A model generated the notes under the pieces. The model made no database searches and was not told the DNA's origin. It worked only from the letters and a program-made list of their open reading frames with translations. Below, in pieces: positions 60,331 through 64,000 of a stretch of 64,000 nt of DNA; the stretch's first letter is position 1; each line of letters begins with the position of its first letter. Origin of the DNA: Camelus dromedarius (Eukaryota); NCBI RefSeq assembly GCF_036321535.1, contig NC_087438.1, positions 1,738,001-1,802,000 of the forward strand, written 5' to 3'. The position numbers and the translations under genes are program-made.

Positions 60331-63300
60331 ATGCCTCTAAAGACACCCAGACTCTTTCCAGACGAGGGAAGCAGAGCTTCCAGGCTTGAGACCCACATTT
60401 ACCTGCCACATCAGCTCCAGCTCAAAGGAGTGCCCGTGCTCAGGGCCGGCAGCACCCCGGGAGGGGTGGGGGTGCTGAGCCCGCCTGAGAGCCCACGGGC
60501 TAGCATCACTTTCCCGAAGGGGGCGCGGCCACGCGAACAAACTGTTTCCTCATGTATGTGCACGTTACAACGCACTGTAAGTGTGTAAACATATACTACA
60601 CGTACATAGGTGTGAAAACGCGTCTTATTAAATATACAAGTATATAATGAATGTTATAATAGCCACACAATGAAAAAATAATGTTTGCAATTTTATGGCA
60701 GTAAAATTATAGGTCAGCGTAAATACATTTTCTGAGCCCTCGTGATTTCTGCACTGAGCACCCTCTGATAATAGGAGAGATTCTTTGAACAAGTGGAACC
60801 AGAACACTTCGGTTGATGAAAAAGTAATTCAAAAATTTGTAAATGCACAATTTAGAGTAGTATGTAAAGAATTAATCTGTATTTCTGAAAAGAGAAAAAT
60901 ACTAATCAAATTACAATATTAAGTCCAGGAATAAAAGCCGAGTTATGTCTTTCTGTCTGCCCGTCCACGGTGGGACATCAACGGCTGAACAAGCCCAGGT
61001 TTGGGGACGCAAGCCCACTGCTGAGGACTTTGGAGAGCCACGTCTAATCCTCTCGAATCACGCCAGTTCCTGGAGGCGCCGTTCTCGGGGGATCCCAGCA
61101 CAATGGAATGTTCTTTGTATCGCGGCGGCAGGGGCCACAGATGCTGGATCTCAGGTGTGGATGTGTGAAACCACGTTCAGGACCACGGTGTTCGTGGGGA
61201 GCACCCCGTGCTCTGTGGAGAAGTGAGTGCAGAGCTCTGCTCGAGAAGCCCCTCGAAATTTAAGCCAAACGAAGCAAAGGTGAGATGCCAAAGTGAAAAC
61301 GCACAGAAGATGTTCTTTAGTTCAGCGGCAAATGCTTCATGGCCGACTTCCGGCTGAGCTACCCAGTGAAACGAGGTCATGATTATTTTGAATGAATATA
61401 GTTTTAAAAAACCTTAGTAAAATATTCTGTGATTTTAGAGCATTTGATCAAGTCAGGGAGCTTTTTTGATGTGTTTTCTTTTAAGGTGAATGGATACCGT
61501 TTTGGCAACTTCAGGTTTTCATTTGAAGGGAGTGTAATAAACTGTTTTCTTTGTATTGATTGGAGAAATATAGTGCCTATTCTTTTTGCTCGGTTTCCTA
61601 GTAGTTATTCAATAGGGTTAAAGGGCACCGCCATCTGTTTCCTAACAGGACGTTCTGTGTAAGATTTGCAAGTCCTACAGGCGCCTTTAAGCGTGGATAA
61701 ATATGCACTCGCGGTTTCAGATGGGTAGTTTTTTACTACCAAAGGATGATTATGTTGTGTGCCTTGAGACATTGGCTATAATATATTTCCTGTCCCTTTA
61801 TTGCATTTTGGAATCATAAACAATGACTGTTTGGCTCAAAGCCATTTATTCAGCCCAAAAAGACATTATTTGCACAACAAAAATCAATAAAAATGTTACT
61901 AGGTCTGGCTGGATACTTTGCTTAACTGTGATATTTGTCTGTCACTGATGGCATGCCATCTCTCGCAGGAGACTGGGGCCAAAACACAGCTATTGATCCC
62001 GTCAGCGATGATGGATACCGGCATTTGGAACCGGCTGCTGCAGAGAATCCCGATTAAAAAATATTTCTCGGTTCTGCCTGGAGCAGAGTCACCATAACCG
62101 GCGTGAGGAGGCTGTCTCTGTTCTGCTGGCTTCTCCCTCTCGTGTTGGAGCCGCACTCAGACCGAAGTCATTACTGAAAGAATTAAGTCCATCTGTGTTT
62201 AGCCAAAGGCTTGGGCATCGTGTGAGCTCAGCGGACTTGGTATCTACTGTCCTTCTCATCACCTTAATGTGTCGGGAAAGCATCTCACGTGCACGGGGAG
62301 TCGAGATGTGCTGGGACGGTGCCCTGACTGCATTCTTCCTCTTTTTATGCTTTCTCTTTATGTCTAGAAAAATAGGACAGACTGCGTCCGCCTCCTGTAA
62401 CTAACTACATCGTATCACCTTTGAAATGAGCAACCTAGTTGACTAAAGGCGTTAACTAAATAAACCTGAGCCCACGTGAGTGATACCGAAAACACGCCAA
62501 ATGGGTTAGAGACAATTTATGGCACTGAGCTTGGGGGAGAGAGTGATCTATTATCCTCCAGTCTCATAAATTTAAAATAAGAAATTGTTTTTCATTTTTC
62601 ATTTGCTATCTCTCCACCTCCAGCATAAATCTGATGTGTGGACCGCGGTGGCGGTGACGGGGGTGGAAAATGCTCTCGTTTTATTCGACTCCATTTCATT
62701 TCATTTTATCTCCTTGTGTATTTATGCTACGCCTTTTCCAAAAAGACTTCCCGGGGAGTGGAGTTACTTGAGCAGAGGCCCAGCGCTCAGGACCAGCCCC
62801 CAGAGCAGGGGCGGGAACTGCAGTCGGCCCTCGGGCCGGCTTCCTGTGGCGGGTCCAGAACCGGATCCAGCGCCTGTTCTCCCCGCCGCCGCCACCGTTC
62901 GCCGGATCCCCAGTTCCCACCACAACAGTAGCCCCTTGGGTCCTGCGACTGGCCTGGAGGACCGGCTAGTCTTCTAGACCTTTCAGACGTCTACCTGTGC
63001 GCACGGCCGGCGAAGGGTGGCCACCCGCCCGGCCCTGATAAGCTCTCTGTGTCGGGCTGTCCTTTTGTTCGAGACCAAAGCACTGATCGTGGGGGCCAGG
63101 CCTGTTTCCATCATTACTTACTGTTACTTTCACTCTGCAGTGTTCTCTTTGGGCCGGAAACCATTAGCATTCATGATGAAGAATTACCCGGTGTCTCTGG
63201 CCTTGGCGGTTTTTGGTGAGAGGTTGGTCTGGCCGCTCGGCTCTCACTGCGAGCTCGACGCAGGTGCCTCGCGGTTCCCGCTGCCCGTAAGTTACTCCGC

Positions 63301-63532
63301 AGCAAGAGCCTGTCCAAGGAGGGGGTTTCACACTGACGCTGCTCGAGCTCCTCTGGTGCTTCGCACCGCGCGAGACGTTCTAAACGTGCGCTACGGCTGC
63401 ATTTGCAAGCAGACACAGAGTCTCATGCCACCGTAGTTAGAAGCATATTTTAAAGAGGTTAAGTGACTATTAGACACAAAGTATTTTAATTACATCTTCT
63501 GTTTGTGAAAAGTGCATGTATCATATGTATAT

Positions 63533-63576
<44 letters not shown>
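63533..63576. repeat. (TG)n(TA)n compound microsatellite within a TG/CA-rich low-complexity tract (~63510-63670)
   Basis: Direct reading. Confidence 0.95.
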
Positions 63577-63577
<1 letters not shown>

Positions 63578-64000
63578 GTACACAGCGGTGTGCGTGTGTT
63601 GCACATCTGTGCGTACAGGCATGCACAGTACATATTGCACATATGTGTCGCTATGTGCGTGTGCAGCCATTCCTTACTTGTGTAACTGTCGATGCATTTC
63701 CCCCACATATTCTTAACAATGTGTTCTGCCCGAAGCTAGATTTGCTAACTGTAGCTGCTCGGGTGAACGCACCTTCTGCAGTCAGCACTTCTGATTCCTG
63801 GGCCATCGTCACACACGCGTTAGAGAAGTCTCGTCACAGCGCTCTTCCCGGAGCCGGGTCCTCCGGGTGACTGCGTTCATGTTATTTCCCTAAACCTGCG
63901 TGGTCACCAGTGATTAAGACTCACTCCCCTTTCATGTTGCAACAGAGGAAAAGCAAGCGAGGCTTCTGAGTCTGAAGCAGCTGCCCTTTAAGCACTGAGA

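Noticed and set aside
61177..61197. REST/RE1 site (TTCAGGACCACGG...)
   Set aside because: Only the left half resembles RE1; the ACAGCGCC right half is absent.

Overview
Mammalian genomic DNA, most likely from a camelid: six dispersed tRNA-derived SINEs are of the camelid vic-1 type. The window is the 5' end of the IRX2 homeobox gene plus about 63 kb of its upstream gene desert (IrxA cluster). The only credible protein-coding sequence is IRX2 coding exon 1 (minus strand, 532->284); the gene continues off the left edge. Head-to-head with it, across a CpG-island bidirectional promoter, is the orthologue of IRX2-DT/C5orf38 (CEI). Three segments match the human CEI peptide as I recall it, but here the ATG is missing, there are two frameshifts and an in-frame stop, and one splice acceptor reads GG instead of AG. 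The remainder is CpG islands, repeat-free homeodomain-motif-rich blocks that look like developmental enhancers, and old repeats (L1, MLT1, Tigger1, MIR, L2), several nested or inverted and some with strong AT->GC substitution bias. I found no evidence for a novel multi-gene system; nearly all other ORFs in the track are GC-rich, microsatellite or L1-remnant artefacts. Repeat family calls and human comparisons are from memory of consensus sequences, not from searches, and repeat boundaries are approximate.
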